Assembly: GCF_006345805.1 (NCBI RefSeq)
Contig: NC_043006.1
Coordinates: 57,722,001 to 57,786,000, forward strand
DNA: 64,000 nt
Direction of reading: 5' to 3'
Source of the DNA: Octopus sinensis
Lineage: Eukaryota
The position numbers and the translations under genes were made by a program. Below the pieces are notes generated by a model. The model ran no database searches, was not told the DNA's origin, and saw only the letters and a list, made by a program, of their open reading frames with translations. Shown in pieces: positions 24,987 to 37,120 of the stretch (its first letter is position 1; each line of letters opens with the position of its first letter).

Positions 24987-25211
24987 TGGCAGAAAACGTT
25001 AGCACGCCAGGCGAAATGCTTTGTGGTATTTCGTCCGCCACTGTGTTCTGAGTTCAAATTCCGCCAAGGTCGACTTTGCCTTTCATCCTTTCGGGGTCGA
25101 TAAATTAAGTACCAGAGATGCACTGGGGGCGATGTAATTGACTTAATCCGTTTGTCTGTACTTGTTTGTCCCCTCTATGTTTAGCCCCTTTTGGGCAATA
25201 AAGAAATAAGA
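24987..25211 (+). mobile_element. SINE family B
   Basis: tggcagaaaacgttagcacgcc...gagttcaaattcc...gcctttcatcctttcggggtcgataaattaagtacc. Imperfect flanking repeat aaaatctcacaaatgca / aaaacctcacagatgca. Confidence 0.85.
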
Positions 25212-25841
25212 AAACCTCACAGATGCAACAATCTATGTAGATGTGATGAAGAGTAAATGTGGGGCAATTGCTAAGAGCTGCTGGACTAGAGGCAAGTAAA
25301 CATGTGCTGTATATGAGATGTAACGTTGCAGAGTACCTCAATCAGACGTCTTCTAGGCAAGCAACATGGGCACAAAAATTTTCTGTCGGAGAATATTTTG
25401 GCTATGGTCAAGGTAGGTATGTTCTTTAGAGAGAGATGGATAAAGTAACTGAGGTAATCAGAGAATCATCATCATCATTTAAGTGTCCACTTTTCCATAC
25501 TGGCATGGGTTGGACAGAGTTTATCAAGGCAGATTTTTTTATGGTTAGATACCCTTCTTGTCACAAACCCTCTCCTGTTTCCAAGTAATAGTAGATAGAT
25601 ACCAGTGTAGGAACCTTCAGCTGCACACACCCTCATGCACACAAATATGCATATATACACATATATATGTATATTCATCTATATACACAACACATAGACA
25701 TAAACACATACACAAATACATACATATATATAGCACGTGACCGACCAGACCATCAGATGTTGCTACACATCGCTGGTCACAATGCGTTCGCATTGTTTTT
25801 AGCCTTTGAATGACGCCACCCTGCTGGCTAAGCGAGCAGAC

Positions 25842-25926
<85 letters not shown>

Positions 25927-26058
25927 CATACATATATATGCACACATAGATGGACATACATAAATGCAAAGACCATATATAAATGCATACACACCTGCCT
26001 ATTTAATATACAAATTTAAATACACTTCCATACAAATAAACAGATAGTGAGGTATATA

Positions 26059-26917
26059 TGAGGTGTAGTAAAAAAAATATCCGACCTTTGCCCAAAAAAC
26101 AAGTAATATTAAAAAACTCACCATTGGTCTCCTTGAAAGTATTCACCTTGGGAATCTACACACTTCTGCCAGCATTCCTACCACTGCTGGGAACATTTCT
26201 GGGAATCACTTTTTGGGATGCTGTAGAGCTGTGCCATCGAATTTTGCTTAATGCCCTCTGTTAACTCAAATCTCCCTTTGAGTGTCTTTTGAGCTTTGGG
26301 AATAGCCAAAAGTCACATGGAGCTATGTCTGGAGAGTAGGAAGCCTGACAAACAAGTGGTGTGTTTTGCTTGATGATAGATGCTTGGGCCATGTGGGTGG
26401 ATGTATTGTCATGATGGAGTTGCCAGTTCTTTGCTGCCCACAGGTTGGGTCGTTTTCACTGCACACCTTCACAAAGGCAACGAAGAACCTCTAGGTAGTA
26501 TTCTTTGTTAATTGTCTAGCCACAACATGGCTCACTGTCCACTGAGGTGTGGCCATTTTTGAACTGGTTGTTCTACTCCTTCATTTGTGTTCTTTCCCAC
26601 AGCATCATCTCCAAAGGCCTTCTGAATCTTCCTGATAGTCTGGGCTTGCGTATCACCAAGTTTTTGGCAGAGTCTGATACAGTATCTTTGCTCAATGCAC
26701 TTGGTCATCTTGACTCAAAAATAAAAATTGCACAGCACACGCTTTACGTCTGTACTCAATGCATCACTGTAGGCAAATAGTGCAACCTACAGACATGAAA
26801 ATTTTTGCACAAGCTCAGGAAGGATATGACCACTTAATACCCATGCAGATTTTGCTCACACATTATTATTTTGTGCAAAAAAAAAGTCATGGTCAGATAC
26901 TTTTTGACTACACCTCA
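26059..26917 (-). mobile_element. Internally deleted mariner transposon (transposase pseudogene)
   Basis: TA-flanked TIRs tgaggtgtagt.aaaaa.tatc.gacc. Minus strand reads WQLHHDN...YSPDIAPCDFWLFPKLK, the mariner catalytic motifs, with stops. Confidence 0.9.
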
Positions 26918-27106
26918 TATATATATATATGTATGTATCAGAATAAAGATATGTATATGCATGCATATATACTCACAGGTATACATTTAGGTACAAATAT
27001 ATAGATATACATATATTAATACAACAAGCATGCATACTGGTTCATATATAAATGTATGGATATAAATGCTATAAAGTAAACACTTCAATTAGATTGAATC
27101 AGCTAA

Positions 27107-27471
27107 TCTTTATATATATAAACGGCAAAATGTCAATGTGCGTGTCCTTTATATAAATCCATAGATTTTCAGTTAGAGGGCTTGCACTTTCTATGGTCAT
27201 TCAAAACCGTCCAAGGGTGGTCGTGCACATCTTTAGATTTCCCCAGTCACCCTGCAAAGCCATTAAAAAAATCAATAGAAGTGACTTTTTTGTGAATTTT
27301 CTATCCAAAACCCAATCAAAATGCCTGAAACTTGATACGTTAATTGAATGCCAGCTAGCTGTATGTGATTGGTCAGAGATTTGGAGAGTACTTGCATGTA
27401 TGTGCGCATGCACACAGCTGTATATGCATGCACTAGCACTATGACCCGGCAACGCAGGGTCATAGTGCTAG
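27107..27471 (+). mobile_element. Non-autonomous Helitron-like element
   Basis: Starts TC after host A (TCTTTATATATATAAA), ends with a GC-rich hairpin and CTAG followed by host T; no TSD. Confidence 0.7.
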
Positions 27472-27672
27472 TCTTGATTACAAGAGCAGATTTAATGAAT
27501 TATGTATAGTAATAAAAAGGAAATAATGTTTAAGATAGACGTAAACAGGAGTACATAGAAGTGTGAAGGTGTAGAATTACAGAATCATGAAACCATTATA
27601 GGGCAGCAGCTTCAATAATATGAAAAAAAAAAAAAAGGTTAGGTATTAGATATGATAGACTGAAACACTTAA

Positions 27673-28312
27673 GTATTTTCCAAATAGAATGTCTACATTT
27701 GGTCTAATACATTATCTATTACTAAAATGAAACCAAATTATGATTAACCAAGGTAGGGAATTATACATTTGTATTCATCAAGGTTAAATTTTATTAGTGC
27801 AAGCTTAATAATTAAGTGTAAAGTTAGGTATAGTTAACATATAGGGATTATTTAAATTTAAGGCGCTAACATCAATGAAAGATATGTATTTTCACAAATA
27901 GCAGGATGTTTGCATATGATCCAGTATATTATCTATCACTAAGATGAAAATAAATGATAGTTAACAAGGTAATACAAGTAGTAGAATGTTTGGATATGGT
28001 TTTAATACATTATCAATTAAGGTAAGACTAAATTATGGTAAACTAAGGTAGAGAATTAGCTAACATACATGAACAATTTAAATATAGGTGATGGTATTAA
28101 TGGGTGATAAGTATTTATACAAATAGAATGTGTGAACACATTTAGACACATTATCCATTCCTAAGTATGACTGCATTATAATTAACCAAGGTATAGAATT
28201 TATTCGAAGCATTAATCTAGGATATGAAGTCTATTAGTGAGAATATAATGATTAAATTTCAGGTTAGGTATAGTTTGAATGTATGAATGATTTATATTTA
28301 AGGTGCTGGTAT
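27673..28312. repeat. Degenerate tandem duplication (about 200-bp units at 27673-27872 and 28111-28312, partial units between)
   Basis: Shared caaatagaatgt..acattatc..attaaccaaggta..tattagtg..gttaggtatagtt..atttaagg.gct. Confidence 0.65.
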
Positions 28313-28364
28313 CTTACAATCAATTCATCATGCTGATAGATAATCCCTTTTTTTTTTTTTTTTT

Positions 28365-28562
28365 GCTTTTCCTGTTTCAGTCATTAGACTGTGCCATGCT
28401 GGGGCACTGCTTTGAGGAAGCCTTTTTTTTAAAACCTGGTACTTATTCTATCAATCTCTTTTTGCCAAATCACCAAGTTACAGGGACTTAAGCACATCAA
28501 CACCGGTTGTCAAGCAGTCGGGGGTGGGGAACAAACACAGACATAAATACACACACACGCAT

Positions 28563-28601
<39 letters not shown>

Positions 28602-28744
28602 GGGCTTATTTCACTTTCTGTCTACTAAATGCACTCACAAGGCTTTGGTCAGCTTGATGCTATAATAGAAGATGCCCAAGGTGCCATGTAGTGGGACTGA
28701 AACCAGAACCATGTGGTTCTTAACACACAGCCAACACCTGCACC
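28365..28744 (-). mobile_element. Older SINE family A copy
   Basis: Same modules as family A, with internal (CA)n. Confidence 0.75.
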
Positions 28745-29324
28745 TAATAATATTCAATTTTATTTTATTAATATGGAATGCCTCAGATACACAGAGCCCC
28801 CACCAGCCTCTGCCACCTTTATATGGATGTGCATCATATAAATACACAAAGCAATTTTAAATTCAGTAGTGTTATCAGTGAGAGAATATACAAATTTAGC
28901 AAGAAATGTATTATTAACCTTTTTTTATATATCTAAATGCAGATATGTGATTATTCCAGTGAAACTCAAATGAGGAAGAAGAAACATTAATGTAAACGTT
29001 CTTTACCAAGAGCAGTGACAGAGCACTTATATATTTTTCCTAAGGCATTGGTTATTAATGGGACACAGCGATTTTTTACACAGAGCAAAGTTACCTTGAT
29101 CATTAGTGGATATGATGAGTTCAGCTTCACTATTATTAATAGTACGTTTATTGGAATCAGGAACATCAATATGTTGATTATTTCCAGTAGATATTGCATT
29201 GTAGTTATTTAGGTGACTAGAAGTTGCAATATTAGATGTGCTGTCAGTTACAGTAGCATTATGAGCCAAACTGATTAATGTATTACAGCTAAATCCTGGT
29301 ATATATATTCAGCAGTATTAGGCA

Positions 29325-29660
29325 GGTGAAGGTGCATGGCTCAGTGGTTAGAGCACAGGGTTCACAATCATGTAGTAGTGAGTTTGATTCCAGGACTGGG
29401 CTGTGTGTTGTGTTCTTGAGTAAGACACTTTATTTCATGTTGCATCAGTTCACTCAGCTGTAGAAATGAGTTGCAACGTCATTGGTGCCAAGCTGTATCG
29501 GCCTTTGCCTTTCCCTTGGATAACATCAGTGGTGAGGAGGCTAATATGCATGGGTAACTGTTGGTCTTCCATAAATAATCTTACCCAGACTTGTGCCATA
29601 GAGGATAACTTTCTAAGTGCAATCCCTTGGTCATTCATAACTGAAGGGGGTCTTTACCCT
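29325..29660 (+). mobile_element. tRNA-derived SINE family E (second partial copy at about 37800-37935)
   Basis: A box TGGCTCAGTGG, B-box-like AGTTTGATTCC, then gtgttgtgttcttgagtaagacacttta. Confidence 0.75.
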
Positions 29661-31913
29661 TTATTAGGTAGAGTTGGCCAGTTTAGCCATGTGTCTATTG
29701 AAAATTTTATGATATGGACTAGATTTAAGGAATGAAGGATAGAAGAAAGCAAAAAACAATATCAAGTAACTAAAAGAGAATCTTTGTGTCAGGAATACTC
29801 AGTAAGGGAAGCAGCAGAAAGTAAGAGGTTTGCAAAAGTTTTGTGAAAGGGAGATCAGAGGTCTGAAGTGTTTCAGATGTAAAGCAGTTTGCCAATGTGA
29901 ATTAAGACATCACTGAGGAAAGATGTTATAGGAATTATATTGGGCATTACCATTTCTTCTTGATTAAAAAAAATATTAACTGTGTTAAAGAAGTCTATTA
30001 CTAGTTTAGTTTTAGATCCTCTGGCCATACTTTTATACAAAATGTTGAGCTTTTCTAGCATTCTAGTTTCCTAGCTAACTCATCCTTTAGCATCTAGCTA
30101 TCTCAACACTAATGACTTGTGTCTAAGGGGAATCTTGACGGAGTTGCAATACTCCAGAAAATAACTTATAAGGTTTACTCTATACAATAGACAGTACCAT
30201 ACATAAGGTTATCAAGGTAAGTTTACCTCTCAGTTTGATATCTTTTTGCGAGTGTTGTGATGGCAAGTCCTTTCCACAGTGAATAAGTACTCAAAGAAAT
30301 TGTAATAAGAGAGAAGCCTATGCATTTTGTCAAGAGTTAAATTTAGTTAACAAGTATTGTGCCAGTGACCCACAAATTTGAAATTCTAATACATTTACAA
30401 GAGTGATGGGTTTATGAATAGTTTTATTGAATAAGATATTGTCATTTAGAATGTGTTTTGCAAATGAAGATGTTATCTGAGTTTGTGTCAATTAATGCCT
30501 TGACCTTTAAGTCAGTGGTAGAAGCATATATGAGATGGATGACTTTGGGTACTGAAGCAAGAGTATTTAATAGCATGGTGTCTTTTTCTTAATTTTCTTG
30601 GAATGTGAACAATTTTAGTTGGTTGTTAAAGGTGAGAGCAGTGATTCATTTAAAGGTGACATTTAGGTTATGATATGGTGAAAATTTGTTTTGCAGGACA
30701 AATATTAACCCAGTGCTCATTTTTATTATATTTGTTGCATACAGAGTTCATTGTAGGGTACATGTTTCATCTACAGTGTTGGTCTTTTACTACAGCAAAG
30801 ACACTGTTTCTTCTTAAATACTGGAACTATAGAAGGTCCTGTGAGTGAGTGTACAATAATATAGTATTGCCCTTTGCTAGTTCCATTATCATTGCCATCA
30901 AATAAGAGTAGATTTTCTGTTGAGCCTTCATAACTTTTAAGAAGGAGTCATCTAATAGCTTATGACTATGTGCCTGAGATGAATGCACCTGAGATGAGAA
31001 GACTGCTATGTTAGCCAGATATAAGGGGACTAGTGTAGTATTCCTTTGAGAGAAATTTCAGAAAAATTTATGAAAGTAATCAATGCTTTATCCTCCTATT
31101 TGTTTTCTTGATCTAAATTTGTAACATTTTCTTGTAGGTGATGACTTCTTAGAATATTTCATCTCTAATATATTAATTGCATCCTTGAACATAGAACAGG
31201 GGAAGTGGTTAAACTACAAAGAAATTGAAGCCAACCAGTTCAGCAGTTCTTGCCTTTTGTGAAACAAGAATTTTCAGTAAATAAATTATTCTTCTGCAGG
31301 GCCATTGGGAAGAACTTTCTTGAATAACCTCATGTCAACGATGACAGCAGTCAAGAAATAAGGTATACATATAAAATTTATGCCAGCTGTTTTTAGTAAA
31401 ATAGTTCTCTTGAAAATATTAAAGAATGTTAGAAATGGAATATTCAGGTGAAAGAAAGGGAATAGATTGAATAAAACTGTCATAAACCATGACCAAATAT
31501 AAATCTGTTCAGGTGACTTCTGTCTTGAATCTCTCAGGTCTCTTATATTGACGCACAACTATAAAAACCAGGTTTATGGACAGAGAAGAACTAACAAAGA
31601 AATAAGCACCTGGAGATTGATGCAACAGCAGCAATAACAATATATGGAATATGTGAATTGAATATTAATGTGCGATGAACAACAATAGGAAGGGTTCAAA
31701 TATATTTTTGAACTAAGTTCATATATTTTATTCTATTCTCTTTCCTTCACCATTTCTAACACATTAAAATCCTCAAGAAAATTATACATAAGTGTGCACT
31801 ATATGTCATATATACTACGCATAGAGATACTATACAGTACAGTACAGTCAATATATAACACACTAACACTATACTGAAACATTAAATATCACCATCTGTT
31901 TATACACACTTAC

Positions 31914-32009
31914 CATTTGTGCCACCATGAAACAATGTTTAAAATTGTGGAATGGAACATCAAAGTAATGCAAGTAGACTTCACAGAGCCAAGTTTGCAG
32001 GGCACTCAG
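31914..32009 (-). CDS. PDE9: PDE9-like exon with catalytic HNxxH motif (LSALQTWLCEVYLHYFDVPFHNFKHCFMVAQM)
   Basis: ttccag acceptor, GTAAGT donor, 96 nt, phase 0-0. PFHNFKHCF matches the class I PDE signature. Confidence 0.95.
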
Positions 32010-33013
32010 CTGGAAGAAAGAGGGACTTAATTAGCCTTCATCATTATTATTAGAAATATTTCAATATTAGAAATGTTTCAATCACAAATTCATTACATTA
32101 ACACAGTTTAGGAAATTTAAAAAAGGATAATAATACAGAAAAACAATTTTTAAAATGAAAAAAAAAAGGGCGAGTTCTTCAAGAAATTCAAAAGATGAGT
32201 GATCAACTCGAGGTTTCAATAATTTCTTTGACTAACGACAAGAGTTAGGAGAAAATTGATGGGAAGAAGCAAGGGAAATAATTTAAAACAGAAAGTTATT
32301 AAAAAAACTAAATGAAACAAAAATTAATATTTAGCTAGTTTAATTATGTTACAGAAAATTTGGTAACCTCTCATAATAAATGAAAAACATGAGTTCTTGA
32401 CCAAAAATGTAAGTGTACATCATTTACTCAACATTTAAAGGGTTATTCTGATGCTGCTGCAGGTGATTGGCTTCCAAGTCAACCCTACTTATGATCATAG
32501 AGGATTTTGGTTTTAATTTAACTGTTTACCGGCCATTCCAGATTGGTGGGAATGTTAGGATTCAAGTTTCAATGTAGGGGAAACAAAGGTAGAAAAGAAG
32601 TACTATAAGGTTTGCAGTGTCAGAGAAGGGAAATTGGAATAAAGTGAGAGGATGCGAGGAGAAGATAAATCAGGATGGGCTTCAATAGGGAAATAGGGGT
32701 AGGTTTAGACTGTCAGCTACTTTGGTAAAACAAGGAACATTATAACAATGATAGAGACAGAGGGAAGCTACAATATATTAAAGGACTAATGTGTATGTGT
32801 GTTTGTGTGTGCACACATGCATGCATGCATCATTGTAGCAGTTGCTGCTTCACTGTTTCAGATATGTGATTTTTTTGGCAACAATAGCATGGGTTTCTCA
32901 AAAGAGAGATGCCCTCCCAAATAGATTTCTGTTATCTATCAATGGAAAAATATCAGAGCTATAGTTAGCCAGAACGGAATTTGAACTCACTAACTCAGTA
33001 AAACTAAATGAGA

Positions 33014-33418
33014 GGCGCATGAGTGGCTGTGTGGTAAGTAGCTTGCTTACCAACCATATGGTTCCGGGTTCAGTCCCACTGCGTGGCATGTTGGGCAAGT
33101 GTCTTCTACTATAGCCTCGGGCCGACCAATGCCTTGCGAGTGGATTTGGTAGACAGAAACTGAAAGAAGCCTGTCATATATATATATATATATACATATG
33201 TGTATGTTTGTGTGTCTTTGTTTGTCCCCCTAGCATTGCTTGACAACCGATGCTGGTGTGTTTATGTCGCCGTCACTTAGCGGCTCGGCAAAAGAGACTG
33301 ATAGAATAAGTACTGGGCTTACAAAGAATAAGTCCTGGGGTCGATTTGCTCGACTAAAGGCGGTGCTCAAGCATGGCCGCAGTCAAATGACTGAAACAAG
33401 TAAAAGAGAATAAAGAGA
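33014..33418 (+). mobile_element. SINE family A, full length
   Basis: Matches the 3981 element end to end. Confidence 0.9.
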
Positions 33419-34774
33419 TATAACAACAACATATTTCCTTCTTAGAATATAAGGAGAAGAGAGACACCCCTTCCCTCACAAAGCCATTTTAGTTTAGGGG
33501 TATCATTGAAGACTAAAGTTTTGAGAATAACAGCAAGCATATCTGAACTAGTAGTAACATTTCATTTAACTTTTGAGTACTACATCTAGAACAAACTAGC
33601 TATAAACATAGTGAGGATTGGATCCAGTATTGCTGCTTAGAACAGTAAACTAGACACCTTGCCCTCCCTATTGATAACTACATGGACTGGGTTATTTAGT
33701 GTCTTACCTACAGACACTGTGCAGCCGCACCAACTGCGATGTGCAAAATGCTCATTCTTCAGCTGATCATATGACCTTATGCTGATTAGAATACTGAAAG
33801 CTCTTGGTTTAAAACATGAGTAAGATTTTAGTAACTCCACTATGTTATCCATAGAATATTTTGGCAGAAACATGAACTCTGAAACTCCGCTCCGTCATAA
33901 CCAGTCTCAAGGAGAAAGGAGGGTGGTAGGTATAGGATTAGAATCTATGCACTATCAATTTTCTACATTTCGACTGAAACACAGAGAACATACGAGATTG
34001 GTTCTGCAGATGAATCAACATTGTGAAAGCCAAAAGAAGGAGCACTGGTTGGCAGCCACACCTGGAAACAACTGCAATTCATTACCAAAGATCAAAGCAG
34101 ATGGGGGTCTCTTGTCAGTGCCCTATGCTTCACATGGGGGTCAAAGGAATTAATGAAATGAACAAACTCTCAATCCTTTATCTACAATGCCAGTGTTCAA
34201 ACAAAGCTTGATATGTAACTAAACACTGAGGTTAATTATCCAGAGTCACAATTTGCACATATATCAGCAATTAAGTAAAGTATGATTGACCAGGCATATT
34301 AGTTTTTATAATTAATATTATTTAAATTATGTTTCAGGCTCATTAGACCTCATCAGCAAAGCAAAAATTTCAGCAAATAAGTCTAGAGTTGTCTCCTATA
34401 CTTCCTGAAATTATTAAAATAGTATCCAGGTATGGCTATTTTTTCTTCAGCACATAATTATTTATAATTAGATTTTTAAGGCCTACTAAATTAAGTATAC
34501 TGACACTAATTGTTAAATAAACTCCAAGATAGTTTGTTTTCTATGGTTTACTACGGAAAGTGGGATAGAGGCCTTGATCTACACTATCTGTTTCAGAGTG
34601 GTGAGATTGGCAATATATATATGGTTGGTGTCATTTGGAATATTGTTGACATGCACAGAAAAAATATGAGTGTGAAGGAAATTCCATAGGAAGGATTAGG
34701 TATAGTGGTTCGTATGGGGCCTAGAATGAAAGAATGAAAGAAGAATGAGGAGGACTTTGCAGGGTTTGGGTGGA

Positions 34775-35055
34775 GGTACATATGTCACTAGCTGAATGTC
34801 TAGGCTGTGTCTGTGTGGAAGGCATATGTCACTAGCTGGGTATCTTGCGTGGGTCTGTAGAGGTGGGGGCAGTATGTGAAGGCTAGTATGTTACTGGGTG
34901 AAGGCTAGTATGTTACTAAATGGGTGTTTCAGTTGGGCTTGTGTTGTGAGGTGTATGTCACAAGCTGAAAATGTTAAAGAGACCTGGGTAAAAGGGTATA
35001 ATACACTATGAGGGTATATCAGGTGCATCTGGGTAAAAGGGGGAGTCTTGGATGG
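34775..35055. repeat. Degenerate minisatellite of about 45 bp (ggcatatgtcactagctgggtatct...)
   Basis: Repeated tatgtcactagctg / tatgttact / tatgtcacaagctg units. Confidence 0.55.
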
Positions 35056-35208
35056 GTTGGTATCAAAAAATTAATATAATTTTCTCTTTTGTTCTAACTG
35101 TTTCATTTTTAAAGTTAGTTTTTTTTATTTTTAATACATCTCAATTAAATAAAGTTATTTCTGTAGTAGTTATAATTTGAAACTAAAATAAATAAAAGCC
35201 ATATTTAC

Positions 35209-35350
35209 CGTAATGCCAAATTTGGAAAGAATATCCAATTCAATGAACATGGACTGCAATAAAAGCATCATTTCAGCTTCATCCCACTGCCAATTATCAA
35301 ATGAGGGTTCTTTGAGATAATCACTGACGCTTGAGCTAAACTGGGATTGT
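35209..35350 (-). CDS. PDE9: PDE9-like exon (QSQFSSSVSDYLKEPSFDNWQWDEAEMMLLLQSMFIELDILSKFGIT)
   Basis: tttcag acceptor, GTAAAT donor, 142 nt. Resembles the start of the PDE9 catalytic domain (LRKPTFDVWLWEPNEM-type segment). Confidence 0.9.
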
Positions 35351-35496
35351 CTGAAATAGAGATGTATGTTGGTTACATCCTTTTATAAGCTTTGATAAAA
35401 TATACAAAGAATACGTTGCAAGCCTTGAAGTGCTATTCACTGTAGCTGAAGTTAAATGAACAGCACACTTGAAGACTTCTTCAGATCCTAGTAATA

Positions 35497-35718
35497 ATTC
35501 TTTCTGTTAAAGGTACAAGGCCTGGAATTTTGGGAGACAAGGCAAGTTGATTATATCAACCCCAGTGCTCAACTGGTATTTTAATTTATTGACTCCAAAA
35601 GGATGAAAGACAAAGTCAACCTCTATAGAATTTGAACTTGGAACATAATATAAAGTCAAAAGAAGCACTGCCAAGCGTTTTGCCTGGCATATTAATGGTT
35701 TCTATTTGCTCGCCACCT
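35497..35718 (-). mobile_element. SINE family B, older copy
   Basis: Matches the units of the 15.3-16.6 kb array. Confidence 0.7.
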
Positions 35719-36735
35719 TTCAGAATCTAATAACAATAATAACTAGTAACATAATTTTAGTCAGGAGAGGAAGCAGTGTTTATCACTCTCAAAGCATAGA
35801 GAGGACTATGCTATAGAGTGGACTATGCTAAAAGCATTCAAAGTGCCAGGTAATGATGTTAAACCAGGGGATGGATTGTCTAAGCCATGGCAAGATTTGA
35901 ACTCAGAATGCAAAGAGCTGGATCAAATACTACAAGGCATTCAGTTCAATGTTGTTACAGTTCCAGCAACCATCATCCTGGATTGATACTTTATCACTCC
36001 CCACCACTCACCAAAAAAAGTCAAGTTAGTCCTTAGCAGGATTTGAATTCAAAGTGCTGTCACAAGAAATACAGCAAGAGAATCTATCTGACACTTTAAC
36101 AACTCTTCCAGTCCAGTTGGATATCAAAATTTAATTATTTTCGGGTTGTTTTTTAATTAGTTTCCACTTTCTTTTGTTTTTCTTCTCAATTAGAATTTTT
36201 CTCCTTTTGGAATTTTATCAAAACACAAAGCATATAAAAAAATACATCTGAATATTTCACAGGAAAAAAACACTGCAAAATATAAATTTAAACAAAATTT
36301 TTCGTTTTCTTTTCTATTTCGTTGTTTTGTTTTTAATTAACTTCAATTTTGATCAAATTTTAATTTTAATTTTAAATTTTCCCATTTTCTTCTTGATTTT
36401 GATTTAGGAAATGAAGAACTCCAAAATGAAAAATGACTGGGAAAAAAGATGTCATTTCTGAATACAAGAGTAATTGTGAAGAACAAGTATCAATGCTAGA
36501 TATAGTAACAAAAGTTTTCTCAGTTAACACCTTACTATCTTTAAAAATGAAGTCCACACATTTGATAATATAATCCTTCATACACAATGATTATAAAAAT
36601 GGTGAGGTGGACAAGATGCCTATGGTTACAACACCTTTGGTCATAATTCAACTTGACCAATGGCTAAACAACAATAACATTAGTATAATACCATGCTATA
36701 AGCAATAAACACATAACCAATAATGAACAGTGCAG

Positions 36736-37120
36736 ACGTCGTGGCATGGCCAAGAAGCTTACTACCCAACTATGTGATCTTAGGTTCAGTCTCACTGTGC
36801 AGCACCTTAGGCAAGCAACTTTCCCACTATAGTTCCAGACTTTGTAAGTTGATTTGGTAGGCAGAAACTCAAAGATGTCCATTGTGCACACATGCGAGTG
36901 TATCTTTGCGTTGCTTTTGTTCCCCACCACCACTTGCAACTGGTGTTGGTTTGCTTACATCCCCTAAACTTAGCAGTTCAGCCAAAGAGACTGAAAGAAT
37001 AAGTACCAGGCTTAAAAAAATAAATTAGTACTGGAGAGGATTTGTTCAATTAAAACCCTTGAAAATGGTGCCCCAGTATGACTGCTGTCCAATGACTGAA
37101 ATAAGTTAAAGATAAAAGAT
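36736..37120 (+). mobile_element. Old SINE family A copy
   Basis: Diverged but collinear with family A. Confidence 0.7.

Noticed and set aside
33590-34160. ORFs 33637..33873 and 33842..34153 as genes
   Set aside because: No recognisable domain or splice context; probably a decayed LINE 3' end, too degraded to call.
34331-34356. Minus-strand CTGATGA-GGTCT-aatg-AGCCT-GAAAC hammerhead-like core
   Set aside because: Stem II is imperfect and no NUH triplet or stem I partner follows GAAAC. It could be a decayed relic but cannot be supported.
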